Virus record (IMG/VR): IMGVR_UViG_3300021960_000095 | Location: 1 to 52,777 of that record | Reading direction: 5' to 3' (one strand) | DNA length: 52,777 nucleotides | Source: a virus | Taxonomy: Duplodnaviria > Caudoviricetes | Shown here: one piece after another, positions 1-8,153 of the stretch | Position numbering within the stretch: the first letter of the stretch is position 1 | Layout: each line of letters opens with the position of its first letter | The notes under the pieces: generated by a model | What the model saw: the letters and a program-made list of their open reading frames with translations, nothing else | Databases searched by the model: none | What the model was told of the DNA's origin: nothing | Position numbers and translations under genes: made by a program

Positions 1-125
1 ATTTAGATGCAGGAGATATACAAGGTAATTTCGGTATAACCCCTATAGCTTTTTGTGTATGGTGTTATTCAAGTATCGTTGATATGGTTAGACAAACTAC
101 TATTTGTATATGTGAGGAAGAATAA
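1..125 (+). CDS. 5'-truncated hypothetical protein
   Basis: Open frame from position 3 (LDAGDIQGNFGITPIAFCVWC...EEE) to TAA 123-125, overlapping the next ATG (TAATG). Confidence 0.5.
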   Translation, partial: LDAGDIQGNFGITPIAFCVWCYSSIVDMVRQTTICICEEE

Positions 126-223
126 TGGAGAGACGCAGGTTCCGTAAGGAGCAACACGAATGGACTTATGAAATAAACTGGAACACCAGTTTGCCAAAAT
201 ATAAAGGGAGAAAAAATAAATGA
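125..223 (+). CDS. small hypothetical protein (32 aa)
   Basis: MERRRFRKEQHEWTYEINWNTSLPKYKGRKNK; TAATG and ATGA overlaps with both neighbours; GAGGA upstream. Confidence 0.45.
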   Translation: MERRRFRKEQHEWTYEINWNTSLPKYKGRKNK

Positions 224-741
224 GAGACTTAATTTGGGAAATTGCTAAAAGCGGTGAAGAGGATTTATCCAACACCGAACTAGAGATGATTACAGAACCT
301 AAAGAACTGTATGTCGCTAGAGGTCTATCAGCAGAAGCTAAAAGAGATACTACACGTATCAATGGTTTTGTTGACAACAAGATGGCTCAAAATGTTGAAG
401 AACACGGAGCATTGAAAATTGGTAAGAATGTGTTTAGTTACTCCAAAGGTTCTAGAACAGTATTACAAGATGCAAAGAGACTTCTTGACTGGGCAACAAA
501 TAAAGAATTATCAGAAGAAGCTATGAACAACCTTATTGCTGTTGTTGGAAATAACTTTTCCCCAAAGCTAAGAGGTATTGATGCAGTAGCAGGTAAAAAA
601 GGTATGGATGTTCAAGTAGCAAGAGATACTTTCACAGAAAAAATTTGGGATAGTGAACCTAAACTACAAGTCATTGATGTAGAATTACCAGCCGCACCTA
701 AGTGGGCAAAGGAGTTAGAAGATGGAAAAAGAAGAACCTAG
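220..741 (+). CDS. hypothetical protein
   Basis: 173-aa ORF with GGGAG SD, coupled to neighbours. Confidence 0.75.
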   Translation: MRDLIWEIAKSGEEDLSNTELEMITEPKELYVARGLSAEAKRDTTRINGFVDNKMAQNVEEHGALKIGKNVFSYSKGSRTVLQDAKRLLDWATNKELSEEAMNNLIAVVGNNFSPKLRGIDAVAGKKGMDVQVARDTFTEKIWDSEPKLQVIDVELPAAPKWAKELEDGKRRT

Positions 742-1228
742 GTTTGTTTGGAACAAAGAAAACTCTGATGCATTACTGTATTTTGTAGAAAATGTTTCGG
801 GTCCTTGGCATCCAAGCCAATGGTCAATTATTGTAGAACTTTGTAGTCAGATTGTTGGATGGGAGGGTCATACACTTCCAGCTACGTCTGCATCAAAAGC
901 AAAAAGAAGCCATCTTCATATTGCACCAATGATGCAAGCGTTCATAAAAGCATTAACTAATGCAGAGTACTTTTCTGATGTAAATGAATTCTATAGGTTT
1001 ATGCAGGAATCACAAAGTGACCAAGTTTTTTCAATGTTTAGATTTTGGATGCGCATAGATGCTCCGATTGAAAAAGATGATGAATACTTCGAAGACTTTG
1101 TAACTCAGATTTTTGAATACAAAGACAATTTACAAGAGCTAGATGTTGTTTTAAGTTCTTACAGTGATGAGCAGATTGCAAAAGAAATTGAGATGTTAAG
1201 ACAATCTTTTAATTTTGAGGAGGAGTAA
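722..1228 (+). CDS. hypothetical protein
   Basis: 168-aa acidic ORF with GGAG SD. Confidence 0.75.
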   Translation: MEKEEPRFVWNKENSDALLYFVENVSGPWHPSQWSIIVELCSQIVGWEGHTLPATSASKAKRSHLHIAPMMQAFIKALTNAEYFSDVNEFYRFMQESQSDQVFSMFRFWMRIDAPIEKDDEYFEDFVTQIFEYKDNLQELDVVLSSYSDEQIAKEIEMLRQSFNFEEE

Positions 1229-1257
1229 TTGACAAATAAAAAAACGTCAGATATGTT
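1229..1257 (+). promoter_or_regulatory. sigma70/SigA-type promoter containing TGAC-N12-GTCA
   Basis: TTGACA (1229-1234), 17-nt spacer, TATGTT (1252-1257); ACGTCA in the spacer. Overlaps a possible TTG start. Confidence 0.5.
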
Positions 1258-1366
1258 AAAGAAAATAAAACAAGAGGTAGAAAGTTTAAATAAATCTGTC
1301 GACTTGTTCATTAAAGACTATATTGCAGGAGAGATAGATGAGACATACTTTAAAAAAAATAATTAA
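1229..1366 (+). CDS. small hypothetical protein (45 aa), possibly the frameshifted 5' part of 1338-1991
   Basis: TTG start after GAGGAG; stops just after an A8 run. Confidence 0.35.
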   Translation: MTNKKTSDMLKKIKQEVESLNKSVDLFIKDYIAGEIDETYFKKNN

Positions 1367-1991
1367 GTTTTACACCCAAAAGGTAGTAGAACATAATACA
1401 AGAAAAATTCATAAGATGATAGGTCAAGTTGCATTTGGAGCTGAACTAAATAAAGATGCTAAAGAGTATATTGATTTAGTTTTTGAGGCTGCATTTCATG
1501 CTGTTGATAATGGCGAATATGACAACTTATCTATGGTGAAGCAAAATGATTTGTTTAAATTTGTCGGCTCTCACTACAAAAGTGCAGATGAATACTTTGA
1601 AGAAGTACAAAGAATTATGTTAGAGATTGAAGAATATATTGTTGAAAACCACGGTTCTTTTTTAAACTGGGTTTTGCTTCCACAATATGATGTTGAGCAA
1701 GACTTATCAGTTATCGTCATTGTATTTACAGGATATGACTTAAATTTAGAACACTATCGTTCAAGAAGAAGAGATATGTTGCCTAGGTTTAAAAAGCAGA
1801 TTACAAAATTTTATGACTATTCTCAAATGGCAAATTTTTACTACCAAGAGAACAGAGATGAAGTTGTTGAAGATATTGGTAAAATGACGGCTCTTTTACA
1901 AAGTGGTCGTCTTATGGATGCGATGGAAGTTAAAGATGAACTTACACAAAAGAAGTTAGATTACATTGGCTATAACGAGGAGGAAGAGTGA
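1338..1991 (+). CDS. hypothetical protein
   Basis: 217-aa ORF with typical composition. Confidence 0.75.
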   Translation: MRHTLKKIIKFYTQKVVEHNTRKIHKMIGQVAFGAELNKDAKEYIDLVFEAAFHAVDNGEYDNLSMVKQNDLFKFVGSHYKSADEYFEEVQRIMLEIEEYIVENHGSFLNWVLLPQYDVEQDLSVIVIVFTGYDLNLEHYRSRRRDMLPRFKKQITKFYDYSQMANFYYQENRDEVVEDIGKMTALLQSGRLMDAMEVKDELTQKKLDYIGYNEEEE

Positions 1992-2064
1992 ATAAAAATA
2001 TTTTTTATTTGATTTGTGCTTTGATTTTAATTAGAGTGACGCTAACAGGAATTGGAGTATTGTA

Positions 2065-2859
2065 ATGGATAATATAGATAAAGTACAACAGAATAATTTG
2101 ATGCCGTTTGAAGCAATCAAAAAAGATGCATCAGAAATTATTAAAGAAAGAAATAATGCTAGACCAACTGAAGTAGATGCAGTTGGTATATCTGAAGAAT
2201 ATTGGATGGCTGATTTCAGAAATATTTGGAATACAGAGTATCCACGTTCCGCTGAGAAGTGGGGAGAAGATTTTTGGGCTAGTTGGTATAAAAACTTTTC
2301 AGCATTTACAAGACAAGATATTGAATATGCATTCAATGAAGTAAGAAAAGTAAAAAGAGATATGCCACCTAATTTAAGTCACTTATTTGACTTCTGTACT
2401 CAGAATGCTCAGAAAAGAATTAAGTTAGCAGATGTAAATTCAGAAGCTAAATGCAATGATGTAGAGGTGGGGAAATGTGTGTATGGGGACCCGTACTGGC
2501 AACTAACCAAGTACGGGACACACGAATTTATGTTGATGTGTATCTTTAAGTGTGATAAGGCAATTAAAGGTTTTCCCGACAATTATCAACTGAAACAAAG
2601 ACCCGAGCCACAAACTAAAGGTACTTGGTTTAGCAATGTTGCAAAACTTTTATCTAGTAGTGAAGCTCCAATCTTTGATTCGGGTAAAACACAGAAAGAT
2701 AGAAAATTTGAGACTTATCAGTACGCTGAGTTATTTCCCGATGGAAATATTAAAGAAGTTCTGAAAGCACATAACTTAGATGAGAATCTTTCTTTTATAG
2801 AGCAATGTCAACAAATTGCAGAACTTCCAAGAAAAGAGACAATACTAGGCAATGTCTAG
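2065..2859 (+). CDS. hypothetical protein, possible helicase-loader-like (lambda P / SPP1 G39P-like) domain
   Basis: 264 aa with GGAG SD. WYKNFSAFTRQDIEYAFNEVRKVKRDMPPNLSHLFDFC resembles the W...A.....PP.L..F..C pattern of these proteins; the function call is weak. Confidence 0.5.
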   Translation: MDNIDKVQQNNLMPFEAIKKDASEIIKERNNARPTEVDAVGISEEYWMADFRNIWNTEYPRSAEKWGEDFWASWYKNFSAFTRQDIEYAFNEVRKVKRDMPPNLSHLFDFCTQNAQKRIKLADVNSEAKCNDVEVGKCVYGDPYWQLTKYGTHEFMLMCIFKCDKAIKGFPDNYQLKQRPEPQTKGTWFSNVAKLLSSSEAPIFDSGKTQKDRKFETYQYAELFPDGNIKEVLKAHNLDENLSFIEQCQQIAELPRKETILGNV

Positions 2860-2877
2860 AAGTGGCAAGTTTTGAGA

Positions 2878-2886
2878 TGGTACAAT
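2878..2886 (+). promoter_or_regulatory. extended -10 promoter
   Basis: TGG-TACAAT, 6 nt upstream of a structured GC-rich segment. Confidence 0.55.
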
Positions 2887-2892
2887 AGGTAT

Positions 2893-2978
2893 GTCGGCTT
2901 CCCTAGAAGTGGAAACACTTCGAGCTGACTGCCCTCCCATCAACAGCTTTGCCCTCGGGCGGAGCTGTATTTTTTTTT
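2893..2978 (+). ncRNA. candidate ~85-nt small RNA
   Basis: Stem GTCGGCT/AGCTGAC enclosing GAAGTG-GAAA-CACTTC; linker TGCCCTCCCATCA; terminator hairpin 2943-2968 followed by T9. Confidence 0.6.
2943..2978 (+). terminator. intrinsic terminator
   Basis: ACAGCTTTGCCC-TC-GGGCGGAGCTGT followed by a T run. Confidence 0.85.
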
Positions 2979-2989
2979 CTTAAATTGAC

Positions 2990-3018
2990 TTGCATTTTGA
3001 AACGACGTCATCTATGTT
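2990..3018 (+). promoter_or_regulatory. promoter upstream of the large structured RNA
   Basis: TTGCAT-17-TATGTT, with ACGTCATC directly before the -10 as at 14462. Confidence 0.6.
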
Positions 3019-3024
3019 AAGAAT

Positions 3025-3445
3025 ATGTCTGTATGAAAAAGAACGGATTGAGTATGAAACAATTAAATAAAGCTAATCGACTGTCTTAAAAAAAGGCCAT
3101 AAAACGGAAAGCTTGAATACTTCGGGTGGGTAGCCCAAAAAGGTCAAGCAAGTACTAATTAAAAATCCTAAAATAAGGGCAAAATCGCTGGCTATTCAAC
3201 AAAACAGCATAAGAACCATTTCGGTGTGTCATCGGTGGGGAAAGTAAGTATTGCACTGACTTTGCGTTGTTGATGTGTCGTTTGTCTAAATCGAAATGTT
3301 AGGGGGGTGGCAGTTTAAAATTGTAGCGTTGCATAGGGAGCAATTGATAAAAAAGACTTAGGTCTCGACCCTTGTAAGTCACTGAAAAGAATTTAATTGT
3401 TTTAAGTTTGGATTGGCCCAGTAGACATACTGGGTCATCCTTACA
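3025..3445 (+). ncRNA. candidate large structured RNA (~420 nt), class unknown
   Basis: No ORF of 60 aa or more in the track. Nested helices 3057-68/3391-3402 (12 bp perfect), 3079-85/3309-15, 3166-71/3299-3304; local hairpins; GNRA-capped 3' hairpin 3414-3437. Confidence 0.6.
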
Positions 3446-3474
3446 AAGAATTTAAGCAAACAGAAAGGGCAGAA

Positions 3475-4146
3475 ATGTCAAGTTATACAGACCAAGATAA
3501 AAATTATACACAATGCGCAAAGTGCGCAGAACCATTGGAACCAAATAACCAAGGTGCATTAGATATTAGCTATAACGGTGGTTATGGTGATTTCGTAGAC
3601 AATTACGATGGGGAAACTCTTTTCTTTCGTCTTTGTCACAAACACGCTCATCAATTTACCAACTGGTTAGGTAATCCATCAGCAATACACCCAAGTGCAG
3701 GTCATTCTCACAATGGTGCAGAAAAAGGTTTTTGGTATGGCCATATTGGTTGGGACCAAAAAACTTGGTTATCACACCTACGTACTTTTACGTGGTGGCT
3801 ATTTAAAACACGTAGCTTTAAAAAAGCTTGGTCTGAATTAGTTTATTCAGTTAAAAGTCACATTACGTGGACTCGTTCTAATATTAACGATTCAAGTACA
3901 CCAGTTGTTTGGTCACAATTCTTTTTTAAATTGTTTTTCTTAGACAATGCTTATGCTGGTACAGTTACTGCATTGAAGCGTAAGCTCAATGTGTGGAAAC
4001 ACCAAAAAGCTAAAAAAATATATCGTAAATACAAGTCTCTTTACTCAGAAATTTGGGAAAGTGCTATTTACGGTAAACTCACAGAATCCGAAAAATCTTT
4101 AATTATGGATATTGGTGAAGCTTTAAAACAGCAAGAAGAAGAGTAA
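3475..4146 (+). CDS. hypothetical protein with N-terminal CxxC...CxxH putative zinc site
   Basis: 223 aa; CAKC and LCHKH; Trp-rich; AAAGGG upstream. Confidence 0.7.
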   Translation: MSSYTDQDKNYTQCAKCAEPLEPNNQGALDISYNGGYGDFVDNYDGETLFFRLCHKHAHQFTNWLGNPSAIHPSAGHSHNGAEKGFWYGHIGWDQKTWLSHLRTFTWWLFKTRSFKKAWSELVYSVKSHITWTRSNINDSSTPVVWSQFFFKLFFLDNAYAGTVTALKRKLNVWKHQKAKKIYRKYKSLYSEIWESAIYGKLTESEKSLIMDIGEALKQQEEE

Positions 4147-4155
4147 TCTTTTTCA

Positions 4156-4184
4156 AAAGGGGGTATTGCTACAATATCCCCTTT
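4156..4184 (+). terminator. hairpin / likely terminator
   Basis: AAAGGGGGTATTG-CTA-CAATATCCCCTTT just after the 4146 stop. Confidence 0.7.
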
Positions 4185-4205
4185 AAAGCTGTTTATAATG
4201 AACTA

Positions 4206-5468
4206 ATGCCTAAAGATATTTTAGAGAATGTACAAGCGTCAAAACAGAGGGTATACAATATAACATTCCCCCCTCTTCACGATGCCCAAAAAGAAGTTCA
4301 CGATTCTAAAGCTCGTTGGAAAATACTTTGTGCTGGTCGACGATTCGGAAAATCTCGACTTGGAGTACAGATGTGTTTAGAAATAGCATTAGCTGGTGGA
4401 CGTGCTTGGTGGGTAGCTCCTACATTCGCAATATCTAGAGTTGGTTGGCGTGATATTCAAGCAGCAGCCGCATCTTTTCCAAAAGAAATGGGTGTAAACA
4501 TCAAAGTAGGCGATATGCAAGTAGATTTTAACAATGGTGGCTTTATTGGTGTTCGTTCTGCTGATAATCCACAAAGACTTAGAGGTGAGGGTCTTGACTT
4601 CCTTGTTATGGATGAGGCCGCTTTCGTAAAAGAGGAAACTTGGACAGAAGTACTTAGACCTACTCTTACTGAAAGAAAAGGTTCTGCATTATTCATCAGC
4701 ACCCCAAAAGGAATGGATAATTGGTTTTATAGATTATTTGAAAGAGCAAAAACACAGCCCGACTGGGAGAGATTTCAATTTCCCTCTACTTCTAATCCTT
4801 TAGTTGAAGAATCAGAAGTTGAAGCAGCTAAACAAGAAATTGGTTCTCTCGTATTTGCTCAAGAGTATATGGCTCAATTTATATCTGAGGGTTCTCAGAT
4901 GTTCAAACAAGATTGGTTTAGATATTATAAAGAGGGTGTAGGACAAGTTTTTGCTGATGGAGAAAAATACGATTTAAACGATATGACATTATTTGGTTCA
5001 GTTGACCTTGCAACATCAACAAGAGAATCTGCTGACTATACAGTTATAGGAAGCTTTGGACTTCATCAACCAACAAAAAAACTTTTTATTTTAGATATGA
5101 CCATTGCAAGAATGGAAGCACCCGATATTATTCCAGCAATTAAAAGACACGTTGTAAAAAACAATCTTGAATGGGTGGGAATTGAAAAAGCAGGTTTTCA
5201 GCTAGCTTTAGTACAATTTGCAAGAAGAGAGGGTCTTCCAGTTATTGAATTAAGGGCTGATAGAGACAAGCGACAAAGAGCACTTCCTTTATCTGCTAAG
5301 ATGGAAGCAGGATTAGTTTATCTTCCTAAGAATGAAGAGTACTCTTGGGTAGCTGACGTAGAACGTGAACTTCTCACGTTTCCAGTTGGTGCTCACGATG
5401 ACATTGTTGACTGTATATCATATGCTGTCATACAAGAGAAACGTCAAAGGAAGTGGGAAGCATATTAA
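4206..5468 (+). CDS. terL: terminase large subunit
   Basis: Walker A (AGRRFGKS), Walker B (LVMDEAA), ISTPKG coupling motif, nuclease VDLA...D and HDDIVD. Confidence 0.95.
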   Translation: MPKDILENVQASKQRVYNITFPPLHDAQKEVHDSKARWKILCAGRRFGKSRLGVQMCLEIALAGGRAWWVAPTFAISRVGWRDIQAAAASFPKEMGVNIKVGDMQVDFNNGGFIGVRSADNPQRLRGEGLDFLVMDEAAFVKEETWTEVLRPTLTERKGSALFISTPKGMDNWFYRLFERAKTQPDWERFQFPSTSNPLVEESEVEAAKQEIGSLVFAQEYMAQFISEGSQMFKQDWFRYYKEGVGQVFADGEKYDLNDMTLFGSVDLATSTRESADYTVIGSFGLHQPTKKLFILDMTIARMEAPDIIPAIKRHVVKNNLEWVGIEKAGFQLALVQFARREGLPVIELRADRDKRQRALPLSAKMEAGLVYLPKNEEYSWVADVERELLTFPVGAHDDIVDCISYAVIQEKRQRKWEAY

Positions 5469-5470
5469 TT

Positions 5471-8110
5471 ATGGCTGAAGAGAAAAGTTTTTACAGAAGA
5501 GCGGTTGAATACTTACAAGCACCGCCCGAAAGACAAGTTAAAGGTTTAACATATAATCAAAGCACAAATAGTGCTTTAGATTCTGCTGTATTCGGATACA
5601 ATACAAGTTCGGGTGCATTTCCAGCTAAATTACTAGAAGATATTGGCGAGGGAACTGGTAATTCAGCTGTTGTCGCTTGTATCAATGTTTTAGCTACCGC
5701 TTTCGCAGAACCAGTCCTTAAAGTAATGACTAAAACTACTGATGGTGATGAAGAGCAAATGCTTCATCCAGTCGAAAAACTTTTACAAAGACCTAATCCT
5801 TTTACATCGGGTCCTTTACTTTCCCACTACATCGTTACAGCATTAAACGCTAGCGGTGACGCATATTTATTAAAGATAAGAAATTCTTCGGGCCGAGTCA
5901 TACAACTAATCCCAATGATGCCCGACAGAGTTACCCCTCGTGGCAATGAAGATGAATTAATTACTCATTACGAGTATTACGGTTCATCTAAGACAATGGG
6001 CGAATTTGTTGTTCTCAAGAAAGACGATTTAGTTCATATCCGACAAGGAATAGACCCAAACAATCACAGACGTGGTTTTGCTCCTCTTAAATCTGTTTTA
6101 AGAGAACTCGTAGGTGATGAAGCTGCTGGTCAATATGCAACAGCATTACTTCACAATATGGCAGTGCCAGGCGTTATTCTTTCTCCGAAAGATGACTCTA
6201 ACGGCGGACCATCAAGAGAAGAAGCAGAAGCTATTGCTAAAATGTATAAATCTAAATTTGGTGGTGCAAATAGAGGCGCTCCTATGGTTCTTACTGGACC
6301 AATGGATGTTAAGCCAGTATCTTTTTCTCCAGACCAAATGGATTTAAAAGAACTTAGAAGACTTCCCGAAGAGAGAGTTTCCGCAGTTTTAGGTGTCCCA
6401 GCAATTCTCGCTGGACTCGGAGCTGGACTAGACGCGGCGACCTACAACAATACAAAAGAATTAAGAGAGTTTTTTACTGAGCAAAAACTTATTCCTTTAT
6501 GGAAAACAGTTGCTAACGAACTTACACATCAGTTACTTCTTTCAGATTTTACAAGTGATGAAGCTACTTACTGTGCTTATGACTTAAATATGGTCAGAGC
6601 TTTAGCTTCCGATAAAGATTCAACATACAAGAGAATGAATATGGCTGTTGCTGGTGGTTGGGCTACAATCGCAGAAGCTAGAAAAGCAGCTCATTTAGAT
6701 GTTGATGAAACCCACGATGTTTACTTAAGACCACTCAATATGGTTGCTGTACCTATTGAACTTGGTAATCAACCATATCAAATGAATGAACCTAGTGATG
6801 ATGAAAAAGTTATTGACTTAAAAGCAACTCTTTCAACAGTAGATTTTGGAGTTGAATCAGTAAGACAAGGTGGGGTTGCAATGACTGAGGAACCAAGAAA
6901 CGAAGAAAAATACATTGCCGAAATGCCTAATGGTGCTTTTTGTATTATCGACCACGATACTGAAAAAGTAATTGAATGTTTTAAAACAGAGGATGCTGCT
7001 GAAAGAGCATTAGCCAATATGAAAAAATCAATAAATGAAGAGAAAGCAGCCGCTATTTCTTCTAAAGTTCAAAAAACTTTACAAAAGAAAGTAAAAGACC
7101 ATAATGCGAAAAATCCAAAATATAAAGCAAGTTATGGAATGCTGGCAGCTGTCTTCAGACGAGGTGTTGGTGCCTATAGAACTAACCCAGCTTCAGTGCG
7201 AGGTAATGTTACTGGCGCAACCCAGTGGGGAATAGCCCGTGTTAACGCCTTTATAAAAGGTCTTAAAGGTAGCTTTCCAAGAAAACCATTTGACCAAGAT
7301 TTACTTCCTAGTGGTCATCCTCTCTCATCCAAAAAAAATGCAGAGAATATTATTGACGAATTAAAAGTTTCAACAGAAGAAGCAGAAGCATTACTTTACT
7401 CAGAAAGAATGAAGAATGAAACTTCTGAAAAAGCAAAATTATCTGACCTCAAGGTTGGAGATACTGTTAGTTGGTCAATAAATAAAGACCCCGACCCACC
7501 ATCAACTGTTCACGGTGTAATTAAATCACTTAACGCAAGAGATGACAAAGCAACAATGCAAGTATGGGCCATAATGGATGATGGTTCTCATCTTAAAACA
7601 GATAGGAACGTCACAATGGAAGTTTCTAAATTAAAGAAAATTAAAGATTGGCGAAAAGGTGCAAAAGCAAAAGATGATATTACTAACTTCCCTAAAAGCG
7701 GAGACAATCAAAAAATATCTCTTTCTAACTCACAATACAAACAGTTTCCCGATTTCAAGTACGTAAAAGACTTGAAAGAAAACTACCCAACAATTTGGCG
7801 TAGAGCTGGCACTGGAGGAAACCCTCCTACTTCATTCACTGGTAATGATGCATTCAATAGATGGTCTTCATACAAAAAAGGTGATAGAGGTCCAGCAGTT
7901 CTTTCTTGGGTTAAAAGACGAGAAAGATTTATGAACCGTCACAAGAATAACAATAGACTTAACGGTGCTATTGCCGCTATGAAGTGGGGTGGAGTTCTTA
8001 ATATTGGGGTATCTGAGATGAAGAGTTTAGTTAACGAGCAGAAGAAAAAAGTTGATGCTCGAAAGAAAAAAGCTGAAATTTTAATATCTCAGAAAACCAC
8101 AGAAAAATAG
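5471..8110 (+). CDS. portal protein with long multi-domain C-terminal extension
   Basis: HK97-family portal motifs (LLQRPNPF, GDAY, DLVHIR, GFAPL, VLGVPAILAG, TYNN, IAEARK) in the first ~450 aa. ATG 5471 preferred over GTG 5453. Confidence 0.93.
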   Translation: MAEEKSFYRRAVEYLQAPPERQVKGLTYNQSTNSALDSAVFGYNTSSGAFPAKLLEDIGEGTGNSAVVACINVLATAFAEPVLKVMTKTTDGDEEQMLHPVEKLLQRPNPFTSGPLLSHYIVTALNASGDAYLLKIRNSSGRVIQLIPMMPDRVTPRGNEDELITHYEYYGSSKTMGEFVVLKKDDLVHIRQGIDPNNHRRGFAPLKSVLRELVGDEAAGQYATALLHNMAVPGVILSPKDDSNGGPSREEAEAIAKMYKSKFGGANRGAPMVLTGPMDVKPVSFSPDQMDLKELRRLPEERVSAVLGVPAILAGLGAGLDAATYNNTKELREFFTEQKLIPLWKTVANELTHQLLLSDFTSDEATYCAYDLNMVRALASDKDSTYKRMNMAVAGGWATIAEARKAAHLDVDETHDVYLRPLNMVAVPIELGNQPYQMNEPSDDEKVIDLKATLSTVDFGVESVRQGGVAMTEEPRNEEKYIAEMPNGAFCIIDHDTEKVIECFKTEDAAERALANMKKSINEEKAAAISSKVQKTLQKKVKDHNAKNPKYKASYGMLAAVFRRGVGAYRTNPASVRGNVTGATQWGIARVNAFIKGLKGSFPRKPFDQDLLPSGHPLSSKKNAENIIDELKVSTEEAEALLYSERMKNETSEKAKLSDLKVGDTVSWSINKDPDPPSTVHGVIKSLNARDDKATMQVWAIMDDGSHLKTDRNVTMEVSKLKKIKDWRKGAKAKDDITNFPKSGDNQKISLSNSQYKQFPDFKYVKDLKENYPTIWRRAGTGGNPPTSFTGNDAFNRWSSYKKGDRGPAVLSWVKRRERFMNRHKNNNRLNGAIAAMKWGGVLNIGVSEMKSLVNEQKKKVDARKKKAEILISQKTTEK

Positions 8111-8153
8111 ATGTTAAAATAAGATTTAGAGAAAGAGATTTAGGGGAAATAAA

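Noticed and set aside
2856-2912. CTAGAAGTGG repeated at 2856 and 2903 as a CRISPR or att signal
   Set aside because: Only two 10-nt copies, no array, and no integrase or cas gene in the window.
3025-3445. tRNA, tmRNA, RNase P, group I/II intron, T-box or cobalamin riboswitch
   Set aside because: Partial look-alikes (GGGGAAAG, GGGTGGCA, GGTCTCGACC) lack the required partner motifs.
5453-5470. Upstream starts in the ORF track (5453, 12580, 14426, 23554, 45186, 47332, 51123)
   Set aside because: Downstream ATGs fit SD sites, stop-start overlaps or promoter positions better.
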